A stretch of DNA of 64,000 bases from Mobula hypostoma (taxonomy: Eukaryota): contig NC_086108.1 of assembly GCF_963921235.1 (NCBI RefSeq), positions 21,576,001 through 21,640,000 on the forward strand, written 5' to 3'. This document shows, piece by piece, positions 63,083 through 64,000 of this stretch. A model generated the notes under the pieces. That model made no database searches. It had not been told where the DNA came from and was given only the letters and a program-made list of their open reading frames with translations. A program made the position numbers and the translations under genes. Positions within the stretch are counted from its first letter, which is position 1, and each line of letters begins with the position of its first letter.

Positions 63083-63410
63083 CTATAGATGCTGCCTGGC
63101 CTGCTGCGTTCACCAGCATTTTTTAATGTGTGTTGCTTGAATTGGGCACATGGCCAAGTGGTGTAAGGCATTCGTCTAGTTATCTCAAGGTCGCTAGTTC
63201 GAGCCTCAGCTGTGGCAGCGTGTTTGTGCCCTTGAGCAAGGCACTTAATCACACATTGCTCTAGTCTGGGCGAGGAGTGGCGCCTCACACAGACTTCCAA
63301 TCAGCGCATTATAAGGCATGAAAATGCCTAACGCTGGCCTCTCATGGTCTGAGTCGACATTCTCCCCCACCCCGCTTGAATTTCCAGCATCTGCAGATTT
63401 CCTCGTGTTT
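63083..63410 (+). mobile_element. Penelope tail fragment split by a SINE
   Basis: tatagatgctgcctggcctgctgcgttcaccagc...gttgcttgaatt, resuming tccagcatctgcagatttcctcgtgttt. Confidence 0.8.
63144..63373 (+). mobile_element. tRNA-derived SINE with 9-bp TSD
   Basis: A box TGGCCAAGTGG and B box GTTCGAGCC. TSD gcttgaatt at 63135-63143 and 63374-63382. Confidence 0.8.
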
Positions 63411-64000
63411 ACAAATTTCCTATATTTCTTTTGCCTTTCCAAGGACATAATTTTTAAAGAAAATGTTCTGCTTAACATACTTGCTTTGGAAAGAAAAGCA
63501 GGAATAAAAATCCTCTGCTTCATCTAAATTGACAACAAAATATATTTGATTGGTACTGAAACAATAATCATATACAATACTGAGATCTCATGTTTGAATG
63601 GATCATGTTTGTGACAATTGCATAATATTAGTTGGGGTCTTCTGTTCATTTTGTCACAGTACAAATTATTTTTGATAAATATTTTACTCATTCAAATAAC
63701 CATCATATTCTCAATTCCGTTATCACATGGTCGATAACATTCTCAGCCATTTCAAATATTTTTTCCCAATTAAGACTTTTCCAAGACTATCCACAATAGT
63801 AACATGGATTGTAATAGCTGCATATACTCAAACTATCTGCTATTTCTAAGTCAAAGTCAAAGCCAAAGCCAGTAGCATGAATCAATCTTATCCGAATGAA
63901 TTCTCAGTTCTGTTTTCTTTTGCACATGGATAATTTTTCATCCCCAGGTACAATCTTGAATGGCCATCCTGTGCAAAGGAACTTGACTGTGTTTCAAAAT

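Overview
Eukaryotic, repeat-rich vertebrate DNA. The repeat repertoire suggests a cartilaginous fish, probably a ray (inference). The window lies inside an ATF6-family gene (best match ATF6-alpha) on the minus strand. Four internal exons are identifiable with GT-AG boundaries and matching phases: 54466-54683 (pre-bZIP), 21546-21731 (bZIP), 18498-18589 (transmembrane/S2P region) and 10156-10290 (RHLL S1P site). The introns carry many nested mobile elements: a near-full-length Penelope-like element (RT + GIY-YIG, pseudo-LTRs, TSD) with many shorter copies, about 14 of which carry a minimal type-I hammerhead ribozyme motif; a Gmr1-type Gypsy element with LTR and tRNA-Pro PBS plus a solo LTR; a decayed BEL/Pao element; CR1, Rex1/Babar and R2-Hero LINE pieces; Tc1, Tigger/pogo and Chapaev3-like DNA transposons; tRNA-derived SINEs; and a 174-bp 18S rRNA fragment. 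The strongest leads are (i) the bZIP exon beginning AG|GTAAGT, which after splicing recreates exactly the upstream donor GAT|GTAAGT (recursive-splicing or in-frame bZIP-skipping switch), and (ii) the Penelope/hammerhead system, including sense-strand ribozymes in ATF6 pre-mRNA, chimeric pseudo-LTRs and fold-back junctions. All family assignments come from motif recognition by eye; no database searches were run.
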